Shown here: positions 19,696 to 28,077 of the stretch, one piece after another
Layout: each line of letters begins with the position of its first letter
Position numbering within the stretch: position 1 is the stretch's first letter
NCBI GenBank assembly: GCA_964470765.1
Contig: CAYYDV010000004.1
Coordinates: 1-32,264, forward strand
Reading direction: 5' to 3'
Source of the DNA: an uncultured Candidatus Saccharibacteria bacterium
GTDB taxonomy: Bacteria; Patescibacteriota; Minisyncoccia; Minisyncoccales; JAGGXC01
DNA: 32,264 nucleotides
The notes under the pieces: model-generated
What the model was told of the DNA's origin: nothing
The model's input: only the letters and a program-made list of their open reading frames with translations
Database searches by the model: none
Position numbers and translations under genes: made by a program

Positions 19696-20650
19696 ATTCT
19701 TTTAAGTTCTTGCCACTATGAAATTTACGATGAACATCTCTTAGACGCTTATTTGTTACATGAGTATATATTTGAGTTGTAACAATATTTCTGTGACCTA
19801 AAAACTCTTGAATGGTTCTTAAATCAACTCCTTGGGTTAATAAATCCGTCGCATAAGAATGGCGGATCGTATGCGGAGTAGTAAATATCGGCACTCCGGC
19901 CAAGATAGCATATTTTTTAACAATTCTTTCCATGGAACGGGAGGTCAAGCGGTTCTCAATATCTTTTTTGGCTCGGTAGTGGATAAAGAGAGCTTTTTCT
20001 TTGTCTTTTCGGGTCTCCAGATACTTCTTAATCCAGGATAAAGCTCTTTCTGAAAAATATACTGTCCGGGGAGTATTTCCTTTACCAATAATTCCTAGCT
20101 CTAAATCTTTTTTATCTTTAATGTTGGTAAACTGTTCTTTGTTGAGAGCTACCAATTCAGCTATTCTCAAACCGGTTGAGAATAAGGTTTCTAAGATAGC
20201 TCGGTCTCTTAGGCCAGTTTGGGTCTTAGTGTTAGGAGCCAGTAGAAGCTTTTGAATTTGCTCTAAATTGAGGAATTTGACTGTTTTTTCCTTTTTAGCG
20301 TCTTTCGGGAGGCTTATCTTATCTGAGGCGATACATTGGACGTCTTTGGCTGTAAAGTAGCTCAGAAGGGCTCTGAGAGCGATTAAATAGTAGTTCTGAG
20401 TGACCTTTTTAAGGGGCTTTCCCTTATTATCCTGAAAACGGGATAAGAAGAGTCGATATTGCCAAATATCATCAGCCGTCAATTCATTAGGCTTCAAATC
20501 TTCTTTTTTGGTCTTTTTCAACCAATAGATAAACTTCTCAAGATAGCGTCTGTAATTTTCCTGAGTCTTGCTAGCAAGGCCTTTTTCAACCTCACAATAA
20601 TCTAGAAAATCAGGAATATGTTTTATAATTGATTTGTTTGATTTTTCCAT
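19694..20650 (-). CDS. XerC/XerD-like tyrosine recombinase
   Basis: Intact catalytic set: TGLRIAEL (R), GKG (K), HTIRH (HxxR), LGH, TTQIYTHV (Y); N-terminal SAM-like domain; no IntI-type insertion apparent. Confidence 0.95.
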   Translation of the reverse strand: MEKSNKSIIKHIPDFLDYCEVEKGLASKTQENYRRYLEKFIYWLKKTKKEDLKPNELTADDIWQYRLFLSRFQDNKGKPLKKVTQNYYLIALRALLSYFTAKDVQCIASDKISLPKDAKKEKTVKFLNLEQIQKLLLAPNTKTQTGLRDRAILETLFSTGLRIAELVALNKEQFTNIKDKKDLELGIIGKGNTPRTVYFSERALSWIKKYLETRKDKEKALFIHYRAKKDIENRLTSRSMERIVKKYAILAGVPIFTTPHTIRHSYATDLLTQGVDLRTIQEFLGHRNIVTTQIYTHVTNKRLRDVHRKFHSGKNLKE

Positions 20651-20733
20651 AAAAATTCTTATATTTTAGCTTATACTCAAAAAAGAGTATTTTGAGGGGA
20701 GCTCTCTAGGCTTATTTATTTGTTCTTAACAAT

Positions 20734-20757
20734 GTCGCTTTACCTACATTGTGCGAC
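20734..20757. other. Candidate chromosomal dif-like site B
   Basis: GTCGCTTTA-CCTACA-TTGTGCGAC, 84 bp upstream of the recombinase start. Confidence 0.7.
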
Positions 20758-20770
20758 TATATCTACCTTA

Positions 20771-20799
20771 ATAATATACTAGGCAAAAGGCCCAGTCAA
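20771..20799 (-). promoter_or_regulatory. Putative recombinase promoter
   Basis: TTGACT-17-TATTAT on - strand, directly upstream of site B. Confidence 0.55.
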
Positions 20800-20884
20800 G
20801 TGGAAAATTACTACTCCCCTATAAAGATGTATAATAAAAAAGAAGGGCTCAAGATTAATCTTTAATTGCCCTTTTTTGTAATAA

Positions 20885-21265
20885 TTATGCTTTGCAACTC
20901 CATAATCCTTTCTTTTTAGGATTGCTAAAGATCTCTGCAGAAACTTCCATAAACTTAGGAACTTTCCATTGCCATCCGTGAGACGGACTAGTAATCGCTA
21001 TTAAAGCTTTCCCTACTTTTTCTGCAAGATTATTTAAAACTTCTGAAGTTATCTTTGGTTTGTCAAAGCGTTTCACAATTTCTACGATAATTTCGTCTCC
21101 TAGTCCTAATTTCATCATGTCTGGAAGGAAAAGAACAGTAATTTCTTCTGGTGTCGTTTCTAATTCTTCTGTGCCAACTATTTTTTTCTTAATAGCTTCA
21201 TACATTTCATTCAATTTTTCTTCGCTTACTTCGCTTGGTAAGCAATAAACTTTTGCTACAGTTAT
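20885..21265 (-). CDS. Hypothetical protein, probable ATA start
   Basis: TTGACA-18-TATAAT (21316-21287), GGAGG-N7-ATA at 21265, in frame with the track ORF. Confidence 0.7.
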   Translation of the reverse strand: MTVAKVYCLPSEVSEEKLNEMYEAIKKKIVGTEELETTPEEITVLFLPDMMKLGLGDEIIVEIVKRFDKPKITSEVLNNLAEKVGKALIAITSPSHGWQWKVPKFMEVSAEIFSNPKKKGLWSCKA

Positions 21266-21449
21266 TTTAACACCTCCAATAATTAAATTATATCACACCT
21301 ATCCCCTACTTGTCAATGTATGGAGAATCTTCGAAATAAAAAAATAAACGGGTATACTGAGATACCCTTAGAATGTGCCAAATGAAGCTGGTTGAATTAA
21401 AAGCCATACATAACCATGAATCCCTCTTTGTCAATATCATACCGAGCAA

Positions 21450-21580
21450 ATAAAAATGGCCAGCATGATAAATAATAACTGGCCCTGGCCGCCGACTCTC
21501 CTAATCGTACTGATTGTTGTAGGCGTGCCCTAAACGCCTCGTTATTCGGTTCTATCCAACCTACAGTCGGTCGTTGACTT
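21450..21580 (-). ncRNA. Candidate structured non-coding RNA
   Basis: GC-richer stretch with nested stems (CCGACT/AGTCGG, AGGCGT/ACGCCT, AATC/GATT), terminator-like GGCCAG/CTGGCC plus T-rich tail, upstream TTGACT. Confidence 0.35.
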
Positions 21581-21618
21581 TAGCTTATTAAAATTAAAAG
21601 ATAAAGTCAAGCTTTATT

Positions 21619-21689
21619 AAAAAACCGTTAGTCCCCCGCCCTAACGGTTGTTGTCTCCCAATTTAGACGCTTTTTATTAGTTATCTAGT
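21619..21689 (-). repeat. Half site plus hairpin unit, copy 3; includes a 29-bp repeat shared with 22742
   Basis: CTAATA-AAAAGCGTC-16 nt-AACCGTTAG-N9-CTAACGGTT-T run on - strand. Confidence 0.65.
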
Positions 21690-22162
21690 TTCCTCTCTAG
21701 GGTCATCTGATAATCCTTGAAACCATATCTTCTATAGAATTTTAACCCTAGCTTGTTTTGAGCAGCAGCTGTGGTAGAAATATAGTTTACTTTATTCTTT
21801 TTACACCACCTTATAAAGTCTTTTATTAGCGCAGCTCCTAAACCCTTACGTCTAAACTTCTTTTCTATAAACATATTTTCTGCTTCAGCATATTTTGCCT
21901 TTTTTCTATAAAATATTCTTTCTTGTATTCCACCGCACATATAACCAATTACTTTTCCTTCTTTTTCTACTACTTCTGCAAAGCTATCCTTTTTTGTTAT
22001 CTTTTTTCTGAAGTATTTCTCCCCTACTTTCCCATATGTCCATTTCATATTTAAACTTTTATCGTATTGCTTATACTCTCTTTTGAATAATTCAAAGTTA
22101 AGCCTCTGAATGTCTTTTAAGTCTTTAACTGTTGCTTTTCTAATTTTAAAATTATTTTTCAT
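21677..22162 (-). CDS. GNAT acetyltransferase
   Basis: IRKAT..DL, FRRKGLG motif A, N..GLKFYRRYGF. Confidence 0.92.
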   Translation of the reverse strand: MKNNFKIRKATVKDLKDIQRLNFELFKREYKQYDKSLNMKWTYGKVGEKYFRKKITKKDSFAEVVEKEGKVIGYMCGGIQERIFYRKKAKYAEAENMFIEKKFRRKGLGAALIKDFIRWCKKNKVNYISTTAAAQNKLGLKFYRRYGFKDYQMTLERKLDN

Positions 22163-22187
22163 AGTTTTAGGCACTTTTTATACTAAA

Positions 22188-22715
22188 TTATTGCTTACTA
22201 ATTTTCTTACTAAGCCTCTGACATTCTTTTATAATATCTTCTCTCTTCTCAGCGTCATTGGCATCTTTTACTCCTTTAGCTGAGATAATATCGATTAAGT
22301 TTAGTTGTAACAGTTTTATTATCTGTTTTAAATAATCAATAGCTATTCCTTGTGATTCATCGGCTTCTTCTCCGGTTAGCTCCCCTGCTATAATAAGCAC
22401 AACTCCTTTCCCTTTTAACATTTCATCGTGATAAGGATGTAATCTGTCTATGAAGTTAAGCATATGAGGAGTAATCATATCATACCAGACTGGAGAGCTA
22501 AGAATAATAATATCTGAATCCTTTACTTTAGGAAAAATTTCTTTCATATCATCGTTATCTTGCATTCTCTGACCTGAACCATTAGCTAAGGCAATATTCT
22601 TTTCCCTAAGCAAAATTAGCTCTGTTTCAGCATCTTCGGTGCTTTCTAAAACTTTACGGAGCATGAATTCACAATTTCCCTTTCTTGGGCTTCCGCAGAT
22701 ACCTATAATTTTCAT
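22188..22715 (-). CDS. Flavodoxin-family / NADPH-dependent FMN reductase
   Basis: IIGICGSPRKGN, SSPVWY, FIDR, LKGK; lacks the Fe-S cysteine cluster of iron-sulfur flavoproteins. Confidence 0.88.
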   Translation of the reverse strand: MKIIGICGSPRKGNCEFMLRKVLESTEDAETELILLREKNIALANGSGQRMQDNDDMKEIFPKVKDSDIIILSSPVWYDMITPHMLNFIDRLHPYHDEMLKGKGVVLIIAGELTGEEADESQGIAIDYLKQIIKLLQLNLIDIISAKGVKDANDAEKREDIIKECQRLSKKISKQ

Positions 22716-22741
22716 ATATTTTATTATACCAAAAGATTATT

Positions 22742-22770
22742 ATTTAGACGATTTTTATTAATTATCTAGT
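22742..22770. repeat. 29-bp direct repeat of 21661-21689
   Basis: ATTTAGACG[C/A]TTTTTATTA[G/A]TTATCTAGT, 27/29 identical. Confidence 0.75.
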
Positions 22771-23397
22771 CTTCTTTAATTTCCCAAATATTACTAAAAC
22801 ATCATCATCAATAGCTTTAACTTTGAAAGCTTTATTAAATAACCTTCTTGGATGTTTTATATTTGGTCCTTTGGTTGGGTCATGAATCCAAACGTTATTC
22901 TTATCTATCTTCAAGATTGTAACAAAATGACCGGCAAAAGATTTCTTTTTCCTTTTCCAGAGGATATTAGTATCTACGCAGGGTACGACAATATATCCTT
23001 TTCTGAGATATCCTTCAAAGTCTCTTAAAGAATGCTTACGAACCTCGAAGATTTTCTCCTTTTTTACCTTTCTATCAAAATATTCTTCTACATCAAGGTT
23101 GATATTTTTTATCAACTTTTCATAATTCTTACCAAAAGCCCTTTTATAAAGATTTATTAGCTTTTTTCTTTCTATAGGGATATCCTTATTTGCATAAGCT
23201 TTTACGCTTAATCCAAGATTTCTTAAAACAACTGCTGCATGACTTGGAGCAACCCACTTTCCTTTCTTTCTCTTCATCTTCTTACTCATCTGTTTAAGGG
23301 TGAATTTCTTTTCAGGAAAAAAATAGCCCAATACCATTACCATATTGGATTGCATGCATTGGTTTTCTTGGTTTTTAACAAAAGGCAATTTCGACAT
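22762..23397 (-). CDS. Peptidase C39-like protein
   Basis: Q...QC near N-terminus, GHFV, IHDP triad pattern. Confidence 0.78.
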   Translation of the reverse strand: MSKLPFVKNQENQCMQSNMVMVLGYFFPEKKFTLKQMSKKMKRKKGKWVAPSHAAVVLRNLGLSVKAYANKDIPIERKKLINLYKRAFGKNYEKLIKNINLDVEEYFDRKVKKEKIFEVRKHSLRDFEGYLRKGYIVVPCVDTNILWKRKKKSFAGHFVTILKIDKNNVWIHDPTKGPNIKHPRRLFNKAFKVKAIDDDVLVIFGKLKKTR

Positions 23398-23399
23398 GA

Positions 23400-23978
23400 T
23401 TATTTACATTTGAACATTTTTCCATGACCAGGAATAATATAATCTGCTCTTTCTAATATTTTCTTACGGCTTTTAATAAGCTTCTCCATATCTACTTCTT
23501 CAGGATGAGCATCATCTTTCTTCTGTATATCTATCTTCTGTTCTTCATTATCTATCCACCAAAAAACATCTCCAGCAATAACATAATTTCCCTCTTGGGT
23601 GAAAACTTCTAATGAACAGTGTTCTGGGCAATGACCTGGTGTTTGAATTATTTCCAAGCCTGTGCCTGGAACTTCATTGTCATGTTCAACTTGATTGTCG
23701 CCATCATAAATCTCATATACAGTTAAAACTTTAGCATTCTCAAAGATGCCAGCTAAGAGAGTGTGATCGGTATGATTATGGGTCAATAGAACAAAATCTA
23801 TGTCAGAGGTTTTAAGCTTATTTTTCTCTAATGCTTCTAATAATTTTTTTCTATTACAACCCGGGTCAATTATTATATTCTTTCCTTTGCTTTGGACAAA
23901 AGTAACAGTAGAGTTTGCTAACCAACCTCCTTCTATTTCTTTTGCATAACCCTCTATTAGGATTTTTACTTTAGCCAT
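23400..23978 (-). CDS. Metallo-beta-lactamase fold hydrolase
   Basis: IIDPG, THNHTDH, TPGH, IAGD, IPGHG. Confidence 0.92.
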   Translation of the reverse strand: MAKVKILIEGYAKEIEGGWLANSTVTFVQSKGKNIIIDPGCNRKKLLEALEKNKLKTSDIDFVLLTHNHTDHTLLAGIFENAKVLTVYEIYDGDNQVEHDNEVPGTGLEIIQTPGHCPEHCSLEVFTQEGNYVIAGDVFWWIDNEEQKIDIQKKDDAHPEEVDMEKLIKSRKKILERADYIIPGHGKMFKCK

Positions 23979-24588
23979 GTTTAGAAATAATCGAATTGAC
24001 TTTTTCCAAGAGTTTTTCCTTTTCGCCGATATTGTAGTGTCCTTCTATCTTTCCAATTAGTTTCCCATTTTTGAAAAATAACAAAGCTGGGAGCTCTTTT
24101 ACTTCATACTTCTTTAAAAATCGATCGTTTTCTTGCACCTTAACTTTTCTATATAAAGCATCAATATCTTTGAATAAATCTTTAATAGGTATTGAATGAA
24201 GTAGACACTTTATTGAGTCATCAGTAAACAATTCAGCAATTGCTAGCTTAGTTGACTGAATTACATGAATATCGAATTCTTCTGTAGAAATTAAAAAAGG
24301 AGGAAATACAGAAACTGCCCCATATCTGTCAACAAATAAATCAGAGATTTTTCTTGGGTCTTTATCAATTTCCTTTTTAATTCTCTTAAATTCTTCTTCG
24401 TCTTTAGCTACCCTTATTGCACCCACGGAACATGATTCTTCGCATTTGCCACAACTAATACATTTTTCATTATCAATTGCTATTGTTTTTTGTTTCTCAT
24501 CCCAATAAAATGCTCCTATCGGGCAAACTTTTATACCGTTACAATCTTTAGAATTATCGCAAATTTTGAAATTTATTAAAACTGACAT
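23971..24588 (-). CDS. 4Fe-4S ferredoxin fused to a thioredoxin-like domain
   Basis: CDNSKDC...CP and CISCGKCEESC; C-terminal ELPALLFFKNGKLIGKIEG. Confidence 0.82.
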   Translation of the reverse strand: MSVLINFKICDNSKDCNGIKVCPIGAFYWDEKQKTIAIDNEKCISCGKCEESCSVGAIRVAKDEEEFKRIKKEIDKDPRKISDLFVDRYGAVSVFPPFLISTEEFDIHVIQSTKLAIAELFTDDSIKCLLHSIPIKDLFKDIDALYRKVKVQENDRFLKKYEVKELPALLFFKNGKLIGKIEGHYNIGEKEKLLEKVNSIISKHG

Positions 24589-24633
24589 ATGTAATTCTTT
24601 ATATTATTTTATTATTATTTTACCAGAAAATTA

Positions 24634-24999
24634 TTACTTTAGCGATTTGCCGTCTTTATCTACAATCTTGGCCTGTTCAGGATACCAAGCTGGATTTTCA
24701 ACGGTAATGTATTCAAAATTACGTCCTTCAGCAGCAAATCTAGTTCCAGGAGGAAAATCAACACAATCACCTTCTTCTACATCAAAAACCTCGTCATTAC
24801 GGAATACTCTTCCCTTCCCTTTTGTTACAAATAACATCCAATGAAGCTTAGTTTCACAAAGAAATGTTCCTTCTTTGTCTGGAGTTCTACCATTGAGAGT
24901 CATATGGTTTATTTCCAGTTGTTTATCTGGAGCTGTATACTTCTTAATTACTTTATCTCCTTTATCTATAATTTTTGCTTGGTTTTTTCTAATTAACAT
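24634..24999 (-). CDS. Cupin-fold protein
   Basis: FVTKGKG, VEEGDCVDFPPG, PAW. Confidence 0.75.
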   Translation of the reverse strand: MLIRKNQAKIIDKGDKVIKKYTAPDKQLEINHMTLNGRTPDKEGTFLCETKLHWMLFVTKGKGRVFRNDEVFDVEEGDCVDFPPGTRFAAEGRNFEYITVENPAWYPEQAKIVDKDGKSLK

Positions 25000-25013
25000 A
25001 TTTTTGTTATTTA

Positions 25014-25037
25014 GACGCTTTTTACACCTTGTGCGAC
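25014..25037. other. dif-like site C
   Basis: GACGCTTTT-TACACC-TTGTGCGAC. Confidence 0.7.
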
Positions 25038-25067
25038 ATTAGGTTTAAATCCAGCACCTCTTTTAAT

Positions 25068-26180
25068 TTATTTTTTAACAAATAGGGCTCCAATTCCTCC
25101 TGGATTCCCACGATAATCATTAGATAAATTAAATTCTTCTATTAGTTTATATTCTGGTACTTCTCGGGAAATAGTATGAATAACCCTTTTTGCAAAATGT
25201 TTTTCACTGTCAGTTCCGAATACATATAAACGTTTAACATTAATTTTAAGATCTTTTTTTGCACGATTAACAAAACCCTGAATAGCTTTGCTTCCTTGAG
25301 AAGCTTTAATTGGCATAGCGATTAAAAGAAATCCATAATTAGTAACGGGGCCTAAACGACTCCACATCTCTGCTGGGATTGTGTTCCTCCATTTGCTTTG
25401 TTTTAATCCTTCATCATAATGTTTTATAAAATCTTCAATGTGCTTAATGATCTCGTTGACTTCTTGACGCATTTTATTACGTAATGAGGTAAGTTTAACT
25501 TCGGAAGCAACCGCATGCACTTCTCTTATAAAAGTTCCCGAAAAAAATCCGCGTTCATCAATTTTGTTGTATCTCTCCAGAATTCTAAGTATTTTTTCGT
25601 TTTTATCAACTTCCGGCTCTAATACATAATCATTAAATAAATCTATTAATTCTGGTTTTTGGTTTTTTAGTATTTTGTTAGAAGTAAATAAGACAGAGGC
25701 TTCAAGGTATGATTCAGGGATAACCTTTTTATTCTTTGGGAAAAAAGATTTTTTTAAAAAACAATAAAGCGCGTTAATAAAATTAATTTTCTGATCTTCT
25801 AATGGTCTAATTCTTATTACTATTTCGTTATCGTTTAAAAAATCTTTTCGATCTCCATATTGAACCCATTCGATTTCCATTGGCTTTAACCAACCGGAGG
25901 GAAACTCGTTTTTAAGTTTTAAAACTGCTGAATTAACATTACCTCTAATATCTGCCTTAATAGCTTGTTTGGTCAGTCTCTTAAATGCTCTTTTTTTTAC
26001 AAGAGGGAGGTATATCTTCGATTTAAAGATCTCAATATTTGGAATTGTATTTACTAAAAGATTGAAAATTCCATAAATGGCAAGAAGGCCAACTAAAAAA
26101 TATGTAATTATTCTGGGCGAATCTTTAATAATTTGACATAAAATTTCTGAATTCAAATACGAACAAACTAAATCAATCAT
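25068..26180 (-). CDS. Hypothetical protein with N-terminal TM
   Basis: 370 aa ORF overlapping the upstream small gene; no family recognised. Confidence 0.8.
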   Translation of the reverse strand: MIDLVCSYLNSEILCQIIKDSPRIITYFLVGLLAIYGIFNLLVNTIPNIEIFKSKIYLPLVKKRAFKRLTKQAIKADIRGNVNSAVLKLKNEFPSGWLKPMEIEWVQYGDRKDFLNDNEIVIRIRPLEDQKINFINALYCFLKKSFFPKNKKVIPESYLEASVLFTSNKILKNQKPELIDLFNDYVLEPEVDKNEKILRILERYNKIDERGFFSGTFIREVHAVASEVKLTSLRNKMRQEVNEIIKHIEDFIKHYDEGLKQSKWRNTIPAEMWSRLGPVTNYGFLLIAMPIKASQGSKAIQGFVNRAKKDLKINVKRLYVFGTDSEKHFAKRVIHTISREVPEYKLIEEFNLSNDYRGNPGGIGALFVKK

Positions 26181-26409
26181 GATGTAATTTAATTAAACAT
26201 TTAACGTTAGTGCATACGAAACAAATATCTTGCCCACAAGGGAATAAGGCTTGTAGGTTTTTAAAGGAGACTTTATTACCGCAGAATTTACAAAGAATCT
26301 TTCCTTCCTTTATTTGTTCATATACCCCTAATGATTTTAAGTAAGGAATTAAATCTTGATCATTAACTGCTTTTATTTTAGTTTTTTCTTTACGAAAGAA
26401 ATTAAACAT
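26173..26409 (-). CDS. Small putative zinc-binding protein
   Basis: CKFCG ... CTNVKC cysteine pattern. Confidence 0.7.
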   Translation of the reverse strand: MFNFFRKEKTKIKAVNDQDLIPYLKSLGVYEQIKEGKILCKFCGNKVSFKNLQALFPCGQDICFVCTNVKCLIKLHHD

Positions 26410-26498
26410 TATACTTGTTTAAGTGAATTAAGTGCCTTTTTCTTCTACTTTTAGAGTATTCTTATTTTTAATAATGGTCAACTAAGAGATCTGTTAAT

Positions 26499-26568
26499 GT
26501 CGCACAAGATGTCTTAAACGTCCCACAACGCATCTTGTGCGAACCTCCCACAATATGTCTTGTGCGAC
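26499..26568. repeat. Three tandem dif-like sites D1-D3
   Basis: GTCGCACAA-GATGTC-TTAAACGTC; GTCCCACAA-CGCATC-TTGTGCGAA; CTCCCACAA-TATGTC-TTGTGCGAC. Confidence 0.8.
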
Positions 26569-26576
26569 GTTTAATA

Positions 26577-26606
26577 TTGACAAACAGGAAGTTAATATGG
26601 TACAAT
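26577..26606 (+). promoter_or_regulatory. Sigma70-type promoter abutting site D3
   Basis: TTGACA-18-TACAAT with TG. Confidence 0.7.
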
Positions 26607-26687
26607 ATGAGTGCAAGAGAATAAGAAATTATTCTTTCGCCTCCCAAGTAATCTTGGGAAAAAACTAGATATAGAAGGTGATAAGAA

Positions 26688-26894
26688 ATGGTAGATGAAG
26701 GTTATTATAGTAAGTTGACGCTTGAACAGCAAGAAAAACTTGATAAAGAAACAACGGATATATTCCTAAAAATAGGAGAAGGAGTCAAAGGATTATTAGA
26801 AATGAAGAAAAAAGGAGTTCCTTTTAATCTTGTTCTTGGTGCTGCAGGTCCATCGCTTAGAGATGTAGTGAAAACACTTTTTCCAGAAGATTAA
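26688..26894 (+). CDS. 68-aa hypothetical protein
   Basis: Own promoter, AAGGTGA SD-like motif, downstream TGATCAAGGAG/CTCCTTGATCA hairpin. Confidence 0.65.
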   Translation: MVDEGYYSKLTLEQQEKLDKETTDIFLKIGEGVKGLLEMKKKGVPFNLVLGAAGPSLRDVVKTLFPED

Positions 26895-26985
26895 AAACTA
26901 CTACGACTTCTTAAAAACAATGTGATCAAGGAGATAATATTCTATATATCCCATCTCTCCTCCTTGATCACTTTTCTATTTAAAG

Positions 26986-27040
26986 GTCCTACAACATAGA
27001 TGGCAGGACCTAACACTATTCAAAATATGTCTTGTGAGAC
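26986..27040. repeat. dif-like sites E and F
   Basis: GTCCTACAA-CATAGA-TGGCAGGAC and TATTCAAAA-TATGTC-TTGTGAGAC. Confidence 0.75.
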
Positions 27041-27092
27041 TCTGGAAAAGAAGAAGCCTTATGATATAAATACCATAAGACATGAGCTTGAT

Positions 27093-27470
27093 TTAACCGT
27101 ATGCCTTAAAGAAGCTACGATAAAATGGTTTACACCATACTGAAACTGATATCAGTTTGTGCTTCTGGAAGAAGTTTACAAGTGTCAGGTCGATCAGATC
27201 ACTAAGCTTTCCTTGCTCTTCAAGAGAAGGATCAAATGGCTTACCTCGATCATACTCGTCTTCGCCTGCTGTATAACGAATCTCAATCTGAATATCCTTT
27301 TCTCCCCTAGTATGAAGAACGGGTGCAGAGATCGTAAGAGCTACATCGTTTAATCCTTCTAAATCAAACCCTTTCTCCACTGCTGAAATAAGTTTTGGTT
27401 CTAGCAGTGAAATCTTACTCATAATCACGTCTCTCACATGAGACGCGATGATCATATAAATCTGTGGTAT
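27093..27470 (-). CDS. Hypothetical protein, probable ATA start (MPQIYMII...)
   Basis: TTGACA-17-TATAAT (27518-27490), AAGGAGG-N7-ATA in frame with the track ORF. Confidence 0.7.
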   Translation of the reverse strand: MPQIYMIIASHVRDVIMSKISLLEPKLISAVEKGFDLEGLNDVALTISAPVLHTRGEKDIQIEIRYTAGEDEYDRGKPFDPSLEEQGKLSDLIDLTLVNFFQKHKLISVSVWCKPFYRSFFKAYG

Positions 27471-27526
27471 ATTACCACCTCCTTTTAATATTATACACTT
27501 ATATTAATAATTTGTCAATATAAAAC

Positions 27527-27550
27527 AGCTTCAAAGACATATTGGGCGAA
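27527..27550. other. dif-like site G
   Basis: AGCTTCAAA-GACATA-TTGGGCGAA; spacer is the reverse complement of TATGTC. Confidence 0.6.
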
Positions 27551-27590
27551 TCTTTCAAAAAGAATAAATAAAAAAGAAGGATTTAACCTT

Positions 27591-27968
27591 CTATAATAAA
27601 ACAGTATTATTGGGTTCCCAGGCTGGTGCACATATTACAATAAAATCAACATTTCCTCCTCTTGCATTTTTAATGTTCAAAATCTGGTGGTGTTCTTGGG
27701 AATGAATCAATATAACATCTCCCGGAGAAAGAAAATATTCTTTGTCGTTAATATACATCGTTGGCTGCCCTTTAAGTATGTAGTATGTCTCCTCAGCTTC
27801 TGGATGACAATGAGGCGGAGAGGAGCAATTAGGTGGCAAAATAACATAACCAACGCTATGTTTAGTCACCTTCCCTAGATGTTCTGGACGGCCAATCATT
27901 TCATATATGAGCTCACCAGTGGGGTTCTCAATGGGTCTTCCAGCTTTTTTTCTTCTTGTAATGAGCAT
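27591..27968 (-). CDS. Cupin domain protein
   Basis: PHCHPEAEETYYILKG, LSPGD, HHQI, CAPAW. Confidence 0.9.
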   Translation of the reverse strand: MLITRRKKAGRPIENPTGELIYEMIGRPEHLGKVTKHSVGYVILPPNCSSPPHCHPEAEETYYILKGQPTMYINDKEYFLSPGDVILIHSQEHHQILNIKNARGGNVDFIVICAPAWEPNNTVLL

Positions 27969-28015
27969 TCTAAACCTCCTATCTCTTTTTACTTGAAATC
28001 AAGAATTTGTCAACT

Positions 28016-28037
28016 AAAAAAACCGCCTTTTTAGCGA
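28016..28037 (-). repeat. Hairpin repeat R5
   Basis: TCGCTAAAAAGGCGGTTTTTT on - strand, 19/21 to R2/R3. Confidence 0.55.
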
Positions 28038-28053
28038 CTTTTTAAATCTGAGA

Positions 28054-28077
28054 GTCCTGCCATCTATGTTGTGGGAC
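28054..28077. other. dif-like site H
   Basis: GTCCTGCCA-TCTATG-TTGTGGGAC; 23/24 to the reverse complement of site E. Confidence 0.8.

Noticed and set aside
21308-21345. Additional dif-like site (TGTCAA-TGTATG-GAGAATCTTCGAAATAAAAAAA)
   Set aside because: Shares the right-flank signature of other sites, but the arms are too degenerate to count.
21450-21580. Known riboswitch (purine, ykkC, ZTP, fluoride, c-di-GMP)
   Set aside because: Consensus motifs of these classes were not found by eye; kept only as an unclassified candidate RNA.
26499-26568. CRISPR array
   Set aside because: Repeats are short, degenerate and adjacent, with no 30-40 bp spacers and no cas genes.
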